Shown here piece after piece: positions 19,190 through 28,988 of a DNA stretch of 64,000 nucleotides. The position numbers and the translations under genes are program-made. This DNA comes from Candidatus Tayloriibacteriota bacterium (GTDB taxonomy: Bacteria; Patescibacteriota; Minisyncoccia; Phycocordibacterales; PALSA-1337), in contig JACRJP010000004.1 in assembly GCA_016215455.1 (NCBI GenBank), forward strand, positions 21,132 through 85,131, in the 5' to 3' direction. Numbering within the stretch: the first letter of the stretch is position 1; each line of letters begins with the position of its first letter. Below the pieces are notes generated by a model. It had not been told where the DNA came from. It was given only the letters and a program-made list of their open reading frames with translations, and searched no databases.

Positions 19190-19706
19190 AACAAGTTTGC
19201 GCAGGAACAGTAGCACCACCAAGACTTCTGAAGATCTCCGTCGCATCATACGCAGCATCCGAACCAATGAGTCGCATAACAGCAACGGCAAGGTTCTCTA
19301 TTCGTTGGGGTGAGACATCAATCGGCTCAATACGTAAATGTGCCTTTTGAGTGGCGATGTTGAATTTATGACCGTGGAGCACTAAGTCGAATGTGACTAC
19401 TCTCATCCGACCACGATGCTTAACACAGAAAAAACCATCGATTCCGTAGTCTCTATCAAGCACGGTATTGACCGCACAATAGATATCGAGATGTCTTTGA
19501 ACCAATTTTCGAACTTCCGCATGAACACTGTCTCGAATACCACCTTTTCGATAGTGGCGATTGCCACGACGATGTAAGATGATCACTTCTGAGAGAGCTT
19601 CTTCAAATGTCATACTCCCGACAGGTATGCCTCGATGGTATTCCCAGCAAAGAGACTTACCGAAGAATTCTCGTTCGAATAAACGGCCTCGTTCAGGTCT
19701 ATTCAT
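19188..19706 (-). CDS. Hypothetical protein in a GC-richer islet.
   Basis: 172 aa ORF. I tested the Thg1 and metallophosphoesterase motifs and neither fits. Confidence 0.45.
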   Translation of the reverse strand: MNRPERGRLFEREFFGKSLCWEYHRGIPVGSMTFEEALSEVIILHRRGNRHYRKGGIRDSVHAEVRKLVQRHLDIYCAVNTVLDRDYGIDGFFCVKHRGRMRVVTFDLVLHGHKFNIATQKAHLRIEPIDVSPQRIENLAVAVMRLIGSDAAYDATEIFRSLGGATVPAQTC

Positions 19707-19878
19707 GGTACACTTTTTTCATTGAAAAGGGTTCTTTCGAAACGCCGAAAGAATACTACCCAGATCTAAATACTTTATACATTAAATACATAGGCATGTC
19801 AATTTTTATTAGTCCACGTTTGACATTTCATCAACGAACCTTATAGTAACCATAGCTGATCAAACACTGGAGGATGCA

Positions 19879-20157
19879 ATGGCAAAATCTAAAGCCCCTT
19901 TACATAAGGTAATCATCGAGATTGAATGTGAAAGCTGTTACGGTTCCGGTATACACCGGATTTCCTACTATCCAGCGAAAGTGGGAGTTACCTGCAGGAA
20001 ATGTGAGGGTAACGGCTTTATCTTTTTTTCCTACATACCTTTCACAGGCCTCAAAACACGGACTGATGTAACTAAAGTCTTCAGAAACAACCCCATGGCA
20101 AGTGGAGCAAATCCATTTGTTTCTGCACAACAATTTCATGCTGGCAAAAGACCTTAA
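19879..20157 (+). CDS. Small Cys-rich protein, a putative zinc ribbon.
   Basis: CESC...16...CRKCEGNG. Confidence 0.3.
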   Translation: MAKSKAPLHKVIIEIECESCYGSGIHRISYYPAKVGVTCRKCEGNGFIFFSYIPFTGLKTRTDVTKVFRNNPMASGANPFVSAQQFHAGKRP

Positions 20158-20211
20158 AGCTTTGCAAAATTTTTAATTAAAAATGCCACCGGATGGTTAA
20201 GAGGGGTAAAC

Positions 20212-20739
20212 CTACTGTCGGTGACGCAGAATTTCTGCCAAACTTCCCAGTGAACCAGGACCTTCGAGAGTGATTCGAACGACATGAGCACCTGCGGGAA
20301 CCTCATCTTTGTCAGAATTGATCCAGACCACCTGAAAGTCTTCACGCACCCCAATTTGAGGTTTTGTCAGGATCTCAGGGAACTGAAGTCGCACCGCTGC
20401 CCAGAAGACTTGCTTGAGAAGATCGGCGTGAGCTGAGTCCCTTTCAAACGTCTGGAGATCAAGGGTCATCTCAGCATGAAAAGCTGCACAATCATGCTTC
20501 TTCACTTCTGCGGTTTCATGAAGAGCTTGATGAGCCTCCTGTTTAATGCGGAGATTATTGGCCTGCACTTCGAGTGAGTTTCTGGCCTCAACGAATAGGT
20601 GCCAGAGCCGTTTGTTGGTATCGTTGAGCTTACCCACCACGGTCTCGCCTTCGCCAACTTTGGTGGTGCTCGCCTTAATCTTGACGATATGAACACTTGT
20701 GATGAGTTCAATAAGGTCGAGCAGTTCTTCGGTGTTCAT
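20212..20739 (-). CDS. Hypothetical protein in a GC-richer islet.
   Basis: 175 aa ORF with no recognisable motifs. Confidence 0.45.
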   Translation of the reverse strand: MNTEELLDLIELITSVHIVKIKASTTKVGEGETVVGKLNDTNKRLWHLFVEARNSLEVQANNLRIKQEAHQALHETAEVKKHDCAAFHAEMTLDLQTFERDSAHADLLKQVFWAAVRLQFPEILTKPQIGVREDFQVVWINSDKDEVPAGAHVVRITLEGPGSLGSLAEILRHRQ

Positions 20740-20901
20740 GTGGTAATGTTTTGAGAATACAACTCTTTCATATCACACCTGCGGGTACGATTGCCGCTAG
20801 TTCTGAGATGGTAAAGAGCTTCAAATACACATTTAACACTTAAATATACACATGTCAACCATACAGACTTTTTTACTAAAATATGGTATTTTAATTCCAT
20901 C

Positions 20902-23900
20902 ATGAATCCTTACGACCACTCATACGTCGAAAAGAAATGGCAAAAAGAATGGGCCAAGAAGAAAATTTACACCACTAAAGAAAAGGGAAAGAAGTTCTAT
21001 GTTCTCGACATGTTTCCATATCCTTCAGGAGAAGGTCTCCATGTTGGACACCCAAAGGGATACATTGCAACTGATGTCATTTCTCGTATGAAGCGTATGC
21101 AGGGTCATAATGTTCTTCATCCTATGGGCTTTGATGCTTTCGGTCTTCCTGCAGAGAACTACGCAATCAAGATGAAAACAAACCCGATGATCTCGGTTGC
21201 AGAAAACATTGAACGATACAAACAACAACTCGAAATTCTCGGTTTTGACTATGATTGGTCACGCGAGATCAATACAACTGATCCAAAATACTATAAATGG
21301 ACACAATGGATTTTCAAAAAACTTCACGAAAAGGGGTTGGCATATGAATCATATGAACCTATCAACTGGTGTCCTTTTGATAAGACAGGGTTGGCAAATG
21401 AGGATGTTGAAGATGGTCGTTGTGAACGTTGTGGCACACTTGTAGAGAAAAAACCTCTTCGTCAGTGGGTACTTCGTATTACAGACTACGCAGAGCGTCT
21501 TCTTGCTGATCTTGATGCAAAAGATGTAAATGGTACACCTCTCCTTGATTGGCCAGAATCAATCAAAGAGGCTCAAAGAAATTGGATAGGTAAGAGCGAA
21601 GGTGCAGAAATTGAATTCGCTATCGATATACACGGTGAACCTTCTACGGAAAAGATAAAGGTATTTACCACTCGACCCGACACACTGTTCGGTGTCACCT
21701 ATGTCGTACTCGCTCCTGAACATGCTTTTGTTCAAAAACTCATTGAACAATCTCCAAACAAACAATCACTTCTCGATTACATCACTGCGACTAAAAACAC
21801 TTCACAGATTGATCGTACGGATGCTAAAAAAGAAAAAACTGGTGTTGAAATTACAGGAGTATCTGCAATTAATCCTGCAAACGGTACAAAAGTTCCTGTT
21901 TGGATCGCTGACTATGTGCTTGCTGACTACGGTACAGGTGCGGTCATGGCCGTCCCAGCGCATGACGAACGTGATTGGGTCTTTGCGAAAAAATACAATC
22001 TTCCCATCATCGATGTTGTAACACCGATCGAAGGAGAACCTCATGCTGGTTCAGAATTCCGTAAAACAATCTCAGCGATTGTACACCGAAAGAGTGATAA
22101 TAAATTTCTTGCTCTCAAATGGAAGAAGTTCGGTTGGACATCAGTACCAGTTGGAGGTATAGAAGGGGATGAATCACCTGAAATAACAGCAGAACGTGAG
22201 GTTCTTGAAGAGACTGGATATGTCACAAAAGCTGTACGCACACTCGGTGGTACAGTAGAGTCACATTTCTTTGCTGAGAATAAGAATGTTTGGCGAGCAC
22301 GAGTTGATCAACCAGTTCTTCTTGAACTTGTTGATGAAAATAAAAAAGAAGTTGCTGTCGATGAACTTGAAAAGCATGAATGTGTTTGGCTCACCTCTGA
22401 AGAACTTCTCAAACAAATTACTCATCGTTACAATGCAATTGGTCTTGAACGCTTTATAGCCAAGAATGATGCATACACCGAAGCTGGCAAACTCATCAAT
22501 TCAGGAAAATTTGATGGTCTACGATCAGAAGAAGCAAAGAAAAAGATTACAACCGCAGTTGGAGGAAATTGGGTTACAAAATATAAACTTCGTGACTGGG
22601 TTTTCTCACGCCAACGATATTGGGGTGAACCGTTCCCGATTATTCACTGTGAGAAACATGGTGTTGTCCTTGTTCCTGAAAAAGAATTACCTGTCGAGCT
22701 TCCAAAAGTTGAATCATACGAACCAACAGGTACCGGTGAATCACCTCTTGCTGGTATTTCAGAATGGGTGAATACAAAGTGTCCTCAGTGTATTGCTGAT
22801 AAAAAGAAACCACACTATCTCATCTTTGATTTTGATGGAGTTCTTGGTGATACATGGACTGCAACACTTAAAGCAAAAGTATTGATGGGAGATAGCAAAA
22901 CAGAAGAAGAGGCTCAACAGGCAATCCTCGAATATTTTGATAAAAAACCATTTCACGCAAAAAACGTCCCTATTACACAAGAGAAATCGAACGCCGCGAC
23001 TAAATGGAGCAGAGACTTTGGAGAAAAAATGGCAACGATTGATTTTGATCTCTTCCATGAATTCATCAAAGAAATCAAAAAATATAAGAAAGTAAAAATT
23101 GCTGTAGTTTCATCAGGATCACGCCAATATGTGATCAAAGCAATGAAAAAATCAGGTCTCAAACCGACCCATATTCTCGCATTCGAAGATAGTCACTCAA
23201 AAGAAGAGAAGATCGAGCGTATTTGTAAGGACTGGAAAGTGGATGTAAAGGATATATATTACTTCACCGATACAAAAGCTGATGTCTACGAGCTTGAAGA
23301 TCTACTTGATCGAAACAAACTCATTGGTTGTGCTTGGGGTTATCAAGGTTTTACAAAACTCAATGAAGTTCTTCCTGATAAACAGATTCTCAAAGACTTC
23401 GCTGATATTCATCGCATTCTTAATATAGAATGTTCAGGGAAGCGCGAAACAAATACCATGCCACAATGGGCAGGTTCATCATGGTATCACCTCCGCTATA
23501 TGGATCCTACGAACAAAAAAGTACTCGTCGATCCTAAAAAAGAGAAATTCTGGAACTCTGTTGATCTCTACGTAGGTGGAGCTGAACATGCAACACGACA
23601 CCTTATCTACGCTCGTTTTTGGCACAAATTCTTATATGATATCGGGGTAGTATCGACAATTGAACCATTCTCAAAACTTCAATCCGTTGGTCTCATCATG
23701 GCAGAAGATGGTCGTAAGATGTCAAAACGTTTCGGTAATGTTGTAAATCCCGATGAAATTGTTCGTATCTACGGAGCCGATACATTGCGTCTCTATGAAA
23801 TGTTCATGGGTCCATTTGATCAAGCGATTAGTTGGAGTACCGATAGTATGGTTGGCTCACGAAGATTCATTGAGCGTGTATGGAAGATGGGCCACAAAGT

Positions 23901-24405
23901 ACTTACACAACCTCTATCACAAAAAGATGGTTCAACACTGACTCCAAGTGCTCGCACCGCACTTCATAAAGCAATTAAAAAGGTAGGAGAAGATATTGAA
24001 GACTTCCGTTTCAACACAGCAATCAGTACACTCATGATTACCTTGAATGAACTTGAAAAGGAAGCGATCGTGTCTCGTTCAGATTTTGAAGTATTTCTTA
24101 AATTAGCAGCTCCGTTCATACCACACGTTGCAGAAGAATTATGGAATGAATTAGGTAATAAGAAATCAATTCATCTCTCTGAATGGCCAACACACAATCC
24201 TGAATATCTTGTAGAAGCGGAAATAAAGATTGTCGTTCAAATAAATGGAAAGGTTCGAGCAACATTCACAACGGAAAAGGGAACAAGCGACGAAACCCTT
24301 CAAGAGACTGCTTTAAACCTCCCAGAGACCAAAAAATGGCTCAATGGTGGAACCCCTAAAAAAGTCATTATTATCAAAGAAAAGCTCGTAAATATCGTAA
24401 TATAG
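20902..24405 (+). CDS. leuS: Leucine--tRNA ligase with two inserted domains, one Nudix-like and one HAD-like.
   Basis: HVGH (HIGH) and KMSKR (KMSKS) are present. The editing domain shows TTRPDTLFG...VPAHDERD. At 1167 aa it is far longer than the roughly 820-880 aa of a typical bacterial LeuRS. The two inserts lie at aa ~375-525 and ~636-848. Confidence 0.97.
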   Translation: MNPYDHSYVEKKWQKEWAKKKIYTTKEKGKKFYVLDMFPYPSGEGLHVGHPKGYIATDVISRMKRMQGHNVLHPMGFDAFGLPAENYAIKMKTNPMISVAENIERYKQQLEILGFDYDWSREINTTDPKYYKWTQWIFKKLHEKGLAYESYEPINWCPFDKTGLANEDVEDGRCERCGTLVEKKPLRQWVLRITDYAERLLADLDAKDVNGTPLLDWPESIKEAQRNWIGKSEGAEIEFAIDIHGEPSTEKIKVFTTRPDTLFGVTYVVLAPEHAFVQKLIEQSPNKQSLLDYITATKNTSQIDRTDAKKEKTGVEITGVSAINPANGTKVPVWIADYVLADYGTGAVMAVPAHDERDWVFAKKYNLPIIDVVTPIEGEPHAGSEFRKTISAIVHRKSDNKFLALKWKKFGWTSVPVGGIEGDESPEITAEREVLEETGYVTKAVRTLGGTVESHFFAENKNVWRARVDQPVLLELVDENKKEVAVDELEKHECVWLTSEELLKQITHRYNAIGLERFIAKNDAYTEAGKLINSGKFDGLRSEEAKKKITTAVGGNWVTKYKLRDWVFSRQRYWGEPFPIIHCEKHGVVLVPEKELPVELPKVESYEPTGTGESPLAGISEWVNTKCPQCIADKKKPHYLIFDFDGVLGDTWTATLKAKVLMGDSKTEEEAQQAILEYFDKKPFHAKNVPITQEKSNAATKWSRDFGEKMATIDFDLFHEFIKEIKKYKKVKIAVVSSGSRQYVIKAMKKSGLKPTHILAFEDSHSKEEKIERICKDWKVDVKDIYYFTDTKADVYELEDLLDRNKLIGCAWGYQGFTKLNEVLPDKQILKDFADIHRILNIECSGKRETNTMPQWAGSSWYHLRYMDPTNKKVLVDPKKEKFWNSVDLYVGGAEHATRHLIYARFWHKFLYDIGVVSTIEPFSKLQSVGLIMAEDGRKMSKRFGNVVNPDEIVRIYGADTLRLYEMFMGPFDQAISWSTDSMVGSRRFIERVWKMGHKVLTQPLSQKDGSTLTPSARTALHKAIKKVGEDIEDFRFNTAISTLMITLNELEKEAIVSRSDFEVFLKLAAPFIPHVAEELWNELGNKKSIHLSEWPTHNPEYLVEAEIKIVVQINGKVRATFTTEKGTSDETLQETALNLPETKKWLNGGTPKKVIIIKEKLVNIVI

Positions 24406-24424
24406 CCTTAATATATAAGACGAT

Positions 24425-24453
24425 TTGACAAGAAACTCAGGGTACGGTATAGT
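24425..24453 (+). promoter_or_regulatory. Sigma70-like promoter.
   Basis: TTGACA, 17 bp spacer, TATAGT, upstream of 24484. Confidence 0.5.
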
Positions 24454-24483
24454 CGATACAACAATAAATTATTACCAAAGCAC

Positions 24484-25533
24484 ATGGCCCCAATCACGTT
24501 TAAACCAAAGCAAACAACAAAGCGTCTTCTCGCAGTTCTTCCTGAACGAGCACGAGACGTACTTGTACATCGCTATGGTTTAGGCAAAAGTGATGAACGA
24601 ATGACTCTTGATGCGATTGGAAAGCTCTATGGTATCACTCGTGAACGTGTTCGACAGATCGAAAATTACGCAATTAATAATATTCGAAAATCAGACGCAT
24701 ATAAGTCTGAGAAGTCTGCATTCGCTGAACTCGAAGAAGTACTTCATTCTCTTGGAGGAATTATCGTTGAAGATGATCTCTTTGCACATCTTTCAAAGGA
24801 TATAGCAACTCAAAATCATATTCACTTCCTCCTTGTTCTTGGTGAATCATTTAAGAAACGAAAAGAAGATGGTGAATTTAAGCATCGATGGCATGTAAGC
24901 GACGAACTCGCTAAAAAGGTTGAAGATTCTCTCCGTAAACTCTATGAAGGACTTGGTGACCAAGATCTTCTTCCAGAATCAGAGATTGTTAATGCTTTCC
25001 TTGATCACGTTAAGGAACTTTCTGAGAAATACAAGAACCAAGAAATTCTCAAGCGATGGTTGTCACTTTCAAAGCGTGTAGGTAAGAACCCTATGGGAGA
25101 TTGGGGAGTTTCTCACTCATCAAACATCAAGACTAAGGGTATGCGTGACTATGCATTCCTTATCATCCGAAAGCATGGTTCTCCGATCCACTTCCGTGAA
25201 GTAGCAAAAAATATCGAAAAGATATTTAAGAAAAAGGCTCACGTAGCAACATGTCACAACGAACTCATCAAGGATCCTCGATTCGTTCTTGTTGGACGAG
25301 GTCTCTATGCTCTTGCTGAATGGGGATACATGAGTGGTGTCGTTAAAGATGTTATTAAGAAGATTCTTGATAAGAATGGTCCTCTTACAAAAGATGAGAT
25401 CATCGATAAAGTTCTCAAAGAACGTTACGTAAAGGAAAACACCATCATGGTAAACCTCCAGAATCAGAGATTCTTCAAAAAAGACAAAGAGGGACGTTAC
25501 TCAATCATCGAGACAGCACAAATCGAAAAGTAA
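24484..25533 (+). CDS. Protein with an N-terminal sigma-70 region-4-like HTH and an unknown C-terminal domain.
   Basis: RARDVLVHRYGL...TLDAIGKLYGITRERVRQIENYAINNIRK resembles RpoD region 4. Confidence 0.6.
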   Translation: MAPITFKPKQTTKRLLAVLPERARDVLVHRYGLGKSDERMTLDAIGKLYGITRERVRQIENYAINNIRKSDAYKSEKSAFAELEEVLHSLGGIIVEDDLFAHLSKDIATQNHIHFLLVLGESFKKRKEDGEFKHRWHVSDELAKKVEDSLRKLYEGLGDQDLLPESEIVNAFLDHVKELSEKYKNQEILKRWLSLSKRVGKNPMGDWGVSHSSNIKTKGMRDYAFLIIRKHGSPIHFREVAKNIEKIFKKKAHVATCHNELIKDPRFVLVGRGLYALAEWGYMSGVVKDVIKKILDKNGPLTKDEIIDKVLKERYVKENTIMVNLQNQRFFKKDKEGRYSIIETAQIEK

Positions 25534-25586
25534 TCCCACAAAAACACTCCACAACGGGGTGTTTTTGCTATATACTTATAGACGAC

Positions 25587-26867
25587 ATGGAATTTGCTAC
25601 TCTTTTCAATGAGCTTAATCAGCAATTGCACTCAGACATCATCCCTCAGGTGATTTCTATCGTCGCAAATAGTGCACCACTTTGGCTCCCAATTATTCTT
25701 TGGAAAATATTTTGGCCTCTATGGGTTGACTATGTGCGTGCAGAATACTTTCTCAGTGAAGCGTATACACTGCTTGAAATAAAGCTTCCCAAAGAAACTC
25801 TCAAATCTCCTCTAGCGATGGAACTTTTCCTCACATCACTTCACCAGACAAGTGGTGAAGGAAACCTCTACGATAAGTTTTGGCTTGGTAAAACTCGACC
25901 ATGGTTTTCTCTTGAAATCGTATCCATCGAAGGTGACGTGCATTTCTTTATATGGATGAGAAAATCATGGAAAAATTTTATTGAATCATCTCTCTATGCT
26001 CAATTCCCAGGAATAGAAATATACGACCGTGAACATAGTGACTATGCACGTGCACTTCATTTTGATGGAAAGACAATGGCTGCATGGCCATGTGAACTCG
26101 AACTTACAAAACCGGATCCATATCCAATCAAGACATATGTTGACTATGGTCTCGATAAAGATCCTAAAGAGGAATTTAAAGTTGATCCCCTTGCTCCTTT
26201 GATTGAATTTCTTGGTTCAATGGGTGCAAATCAGCAGATATGGATTCAGATCATTGTACGTGCTCACAAATCAGAACGTCTTAAGGCTGGACATTTCTTT
26301 AAATACGAAGATTCATGGAAAGAAGATGCAAAGAAAGAAATCAACACCATACTCGTACGTGATGCAAAAACAAAAGTTGCAGGAACTGAAAATGAACAAG
26401 GTTTTCTTGTATCACCAACTATAACTAAAGGTGAGCAGGATGTCGTTGCTGCTCTTGAACGTTCTCTTACAAAACAAGCGTTTGATGTTGGTATTCGAGG
26501 TATATACATTGCTAATAAAAAAGAATTTTTCAGTAAATCAAACATCAGTGGACTTACAGGGTCTTTCAAACAGTTTAGTTCAGAACATTTAAATGGTTTC
26601 AAACCAAATGGAAGTGTATGGGGACCATCATTTAGTTTTCCATGGCAGGACTTTAGAGATTATCGAAAAAATAGGATGATTTCTCGTTTCCTTGCTGCAT
26701 ATCGACGACGAGCATTTTTCTTTCCACCAGAGGTGGGGAAGGCAATGGTCCTCAATACTGAAGAATTAGCAACTATCTTCCATTTCCCAGGCCAAGTAGC
26801 AGCTGCACCAACTTTGACACGTATTGGTTCAAAGAAGTCAGAAGCTCCGTCAAACCTCCCTATATAA
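25587..26867 (+). CDS. Hypothetical protein of 426 aa.
   Basis: A long ORF with no recognised motif. It overlaps the mltG start by a few nt. Confidence 0.55.
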   Translation: MEFATLFNELNQQLHSDIIPQVISIVANSAPLWLPIILWKIFWPLWVDYVRAEYFLSEAYTLLEIKLPKETLKSPLAMELFLTSLHQTSGEGNLYDKFWLGKTRPWFSLEIVSIEGDVHFFIWMRKSWKNFIESSLYAQFPGIEIYDREHSDYARALHFDGKTMAAWPCELELTKPDPYPIKTYVDYGLDKDPKEEFKVDPLAPLIEFLGSMGANQQIWIQIIVRAHKSERLKAGHFFKYEDSWKEDAKKEINTILVRDAKTKVAGTENEQGFLVSPTITKGEQDVVAALERSLTKQAFDVGIRGIYIANKKEFFSKSNISGLTGSFKQFSSEHLNGFKPNGSVWGPSFSFPWQDFRDYRKNRMISRFLAAYRRRAFFFPPEVGKAMVLNTEELATIFHFPGQVAAAPTLTRIGSKKSEAPSNLPI

Positions 26868-26868
26868 C

Positions 26869-27846
26869 ATGGATCCAATTACTCCGGCCCCTTTCTTCAG
26901 TCGATTTAAAAAAATACTTGCGACCACTATCTGTGCAGCTGTCGCTGTTGGTATTATCGCAACCTATATTATTTTCCTTCAATCTCCAAAAAACTTTCCC
27001 GAACCTGGATATATTCATATTTCCAAAGGAGAACTTTTGAGTGATGTTGCTTACCGATTAGCACAAGAGGGATACATTAAGTCTCCTTTGTTTTTTACTG
27101 TATCAGCAACTCTTCTTGGTGGTGACAAAGGAATTCTCGCTGGAGATTATTATCTTGAAAAGAAAATTAACACTCTCGCTCTTGCAGATAGATTAGCTCG
27201 TGGAGATTTTCGATTAGTTCCTATCAAGGTAACACTACCTGAAGGTACTACCGTAAGTGACATGGCAATGATTCTCATGAAAAGAATACCAGGATTTGAT
27301 GGAGCAAAGTTTGCAGCTCTTGCCCAGACTCAGAAAAAAGAAGGATATCTTTTTCCTGACACATATTTCTTTCTTCCTAACGTTACTGCTGAAGAAGTTA
27401 TTAAAGTTCTTTCTGAAAATTTCACAAAGAAGACAGAAATTCTTAAGATAGCGAAAAATAAACTTGCAGCAACTGTCATTCTTGCTTCAATTATTGAAGA
27501 AGAAGGCGCAACAACAGAATCACGTCGAATGATTTCAGGTATATTACAAAAACGTCTTGCAGAAGGCATGCTACTGCAGGTAGATGCTCCTTTTGCATAT
27601 GCTATAGGTAAGTCTACCTATGATCTTACCCTAGAAGATCTCAAGAGTACTTCACCGTACAATACCTATCGTTATAAAGGGCTTACACCTACCCCTATCA
27701 GTAATCCTGGCCTTGATTCATTACAAGCAGCTATCACACCAACACCTTCTCCTTACTATTTCTATCTCACTGAACGTGACGGAACTATCCACTATGCACG
27801 TACCTATGAAGAACATTTGGTAAATAAAGCAAAATATATCAAATAG
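26869..27846 (+). CDS. mltG: Endolytic murein transglycosylase MltG (YceG family).
   Basis: An N-terminal TM is followed by a YceG-like domain with GMLLQVDAPFAY and YNTYRYKGLTPTPISNPG. I chose the start at MDPITPAPFF. Confidence 0.85.
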   Translation: MDPITPAPFFSRFKKILATTICAAVAVGIIATYIIFLQSPKNFPEPGYIHISKGELLSDVAYRLAQEGYIKSPLFFTVSATLLGGDKGILAGDYYLEKKINTLALADRLARGDFRLVPIKVTLPEGTTVSDMAMILMKRIPGFDGAKFAALAQTQKKEGYLFPDTYFFLPNVTAEEVIKVLSENFTKKTEILKIAKNKLAATVILASIIEEEGATTESRRMISGILQKRLAEGMLLQVDAPFAYAIGKSTYDLTLEDLKSTSPYNTYRYKGLTPTPISNPGLDSLQAAITPTPSPYYFYLTERDGTIHYARTYEEHLVNKAKYIK

Positions 27847-27880
27847 TGACGAGGTGTATATGCTGTGATATAACCATCAT

Positions 27881-28975
27881 ATGAATATTCCTCGAGGGAA
27901 CAATCAAAAAGTATATGTTGGTATGTCAGGTGGAGTTGATAGCTCTGTCTCTGCGGCGCTACTTAAAGAAGCTGGGTACGATGTCACTGGTGTGTTCATC
28001 AAGGTATGGCAACCTGATTGGGTAACCTGTACATGGAAAGAAGATCGTCTTGATGCTCTCCGTGTAGCTGCACAGCTTGATATTCCTTTCATAACCCTTG
28101 ATCTTGAAGCTGACTACAAAAAACATGTTGTCGACTATATGGTAAGCGAATATACCGCAGGACGAACCCCTAACCCTGATGTAATGTGTAATAAGTACGT
28201 TAAGTTCGGAGCATTTTTCGATTGGGCAATCAAACAAGGCGCTGACTATGTAGCAACAGGACACTATGCGCAAACAGTTACACGTGCTGATGGAACATAT
28301 CTTGCTAAAGGAAATGACCCGACTAAAGATCAATCATATTTCCTTTGGACACTACACAGTACTCATCTCAAGAAAACTCTTTTTCCTGTCGGGGATATCG
28401 AAAAAACAGAAGTACGAAAATTAGCACAAAAATTTAAACTTCCGAATGCAACCAAAAAAGACAGTCAAGGGCTTTGCTTCATTGGTAAAGTAGAACTTAA
28501 AGAATTTCTATCTCATTTTGTGACATCTACAAAAGGAAATGTCATATCAGAAACAGGTAAGGTACTGGGAAGTCATGATGGTGCAGTATTTTATACCATA
28601 GGTCAGCGACATGGCTTTACCGTCGATCAATCTTCACCAAATGAACTTCCATATTTTGTGATTAATAAAAATATTGATCAGAATACTATTACCGTATCAC
28701 ATGATGATCCTCGATCTCTCGTACATTCACCAACACTTTGGAAAGTAATTCGTCTACACAATACTCTTTGGTCGAATAATCCTCCTCAAGAAGGGAAGGT
28801 GTACCAGGTACGTGCTCGGTATCGTCAAGAACTCGTTGAGTGTGTATTCAAGAAGATTGTCGGCCAAGAGAATGAGTGGCTTGCAGAAGTATCTCAACCA
28901 CTAGGTGCTACACCAGGACAGTCACTCGTCGTATACGATCAAAATATCTGTATTGGCGGTGGTAGTATCATCTAG
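27881..28975 (+). CDS. mnmA: tRNA-specific 2-thiouridylase MnmA.
   Basis: The PP-loop is VGMSGGVDSSV. Catalytic Cys residues are present. Confidence 0.93.
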   Translation: MNIPRGNNQKVYVGMSGGVDSSVSAALLKEAGYDVTGVFIKVWQPDWVTCTWKEDRLDALRVAAQLDIPFITLDLEADYKKHVVDYMVSEYTAGRTPNPDVMCNKYVKFGAFFDWAIKQGADYVATGHYAQTVTRADGTYLAKGNDPTKDQSYFLWTLHSTHLKKTLFPVGDIEKTEVRKLAQKFKLPNATKKDSQGLCFIGKVELKEFLSHFVTSTKGNVISETGKVLGSHDGAVFYTIGQRHGFTVDQSSPNELPYFVINKNIDQNTITVSHDDPRSLVHSPTLWKVIRLHNTLWSNNPPQEGKVYQVRARYRQELVECVFKKIVGQENEWLAEVSQPLGATPGQSLVVYDQNICIGGGSII

Positions 28976-28988
28976 TATACTTGGAGGC

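Noticed and set aside
19188-19706. Thg1-like tRNA-His guanylyltransferase or calcineurin-like phosphoesterase assignment for the 172 aa ORF.
   Set aside because: The short motif resemblances do not hold in the order or context required. These are HRRGNRHY against RLDGRNFH, and GNRHY plus HGH against the GNHE and GHxH motifs.
20740-20901. T-box leader upstream of leuS.
   Set aside because: There is no AGGGUGGNACCGCG-like T-box core or specifier-loop architecture. There are only promoter-like AT-rich elements.
21025-23162. Multiple 60-110 aa ORFs on both strands inside leuS.
   Set aside because: They are shadows of a strongly supported long CDS.
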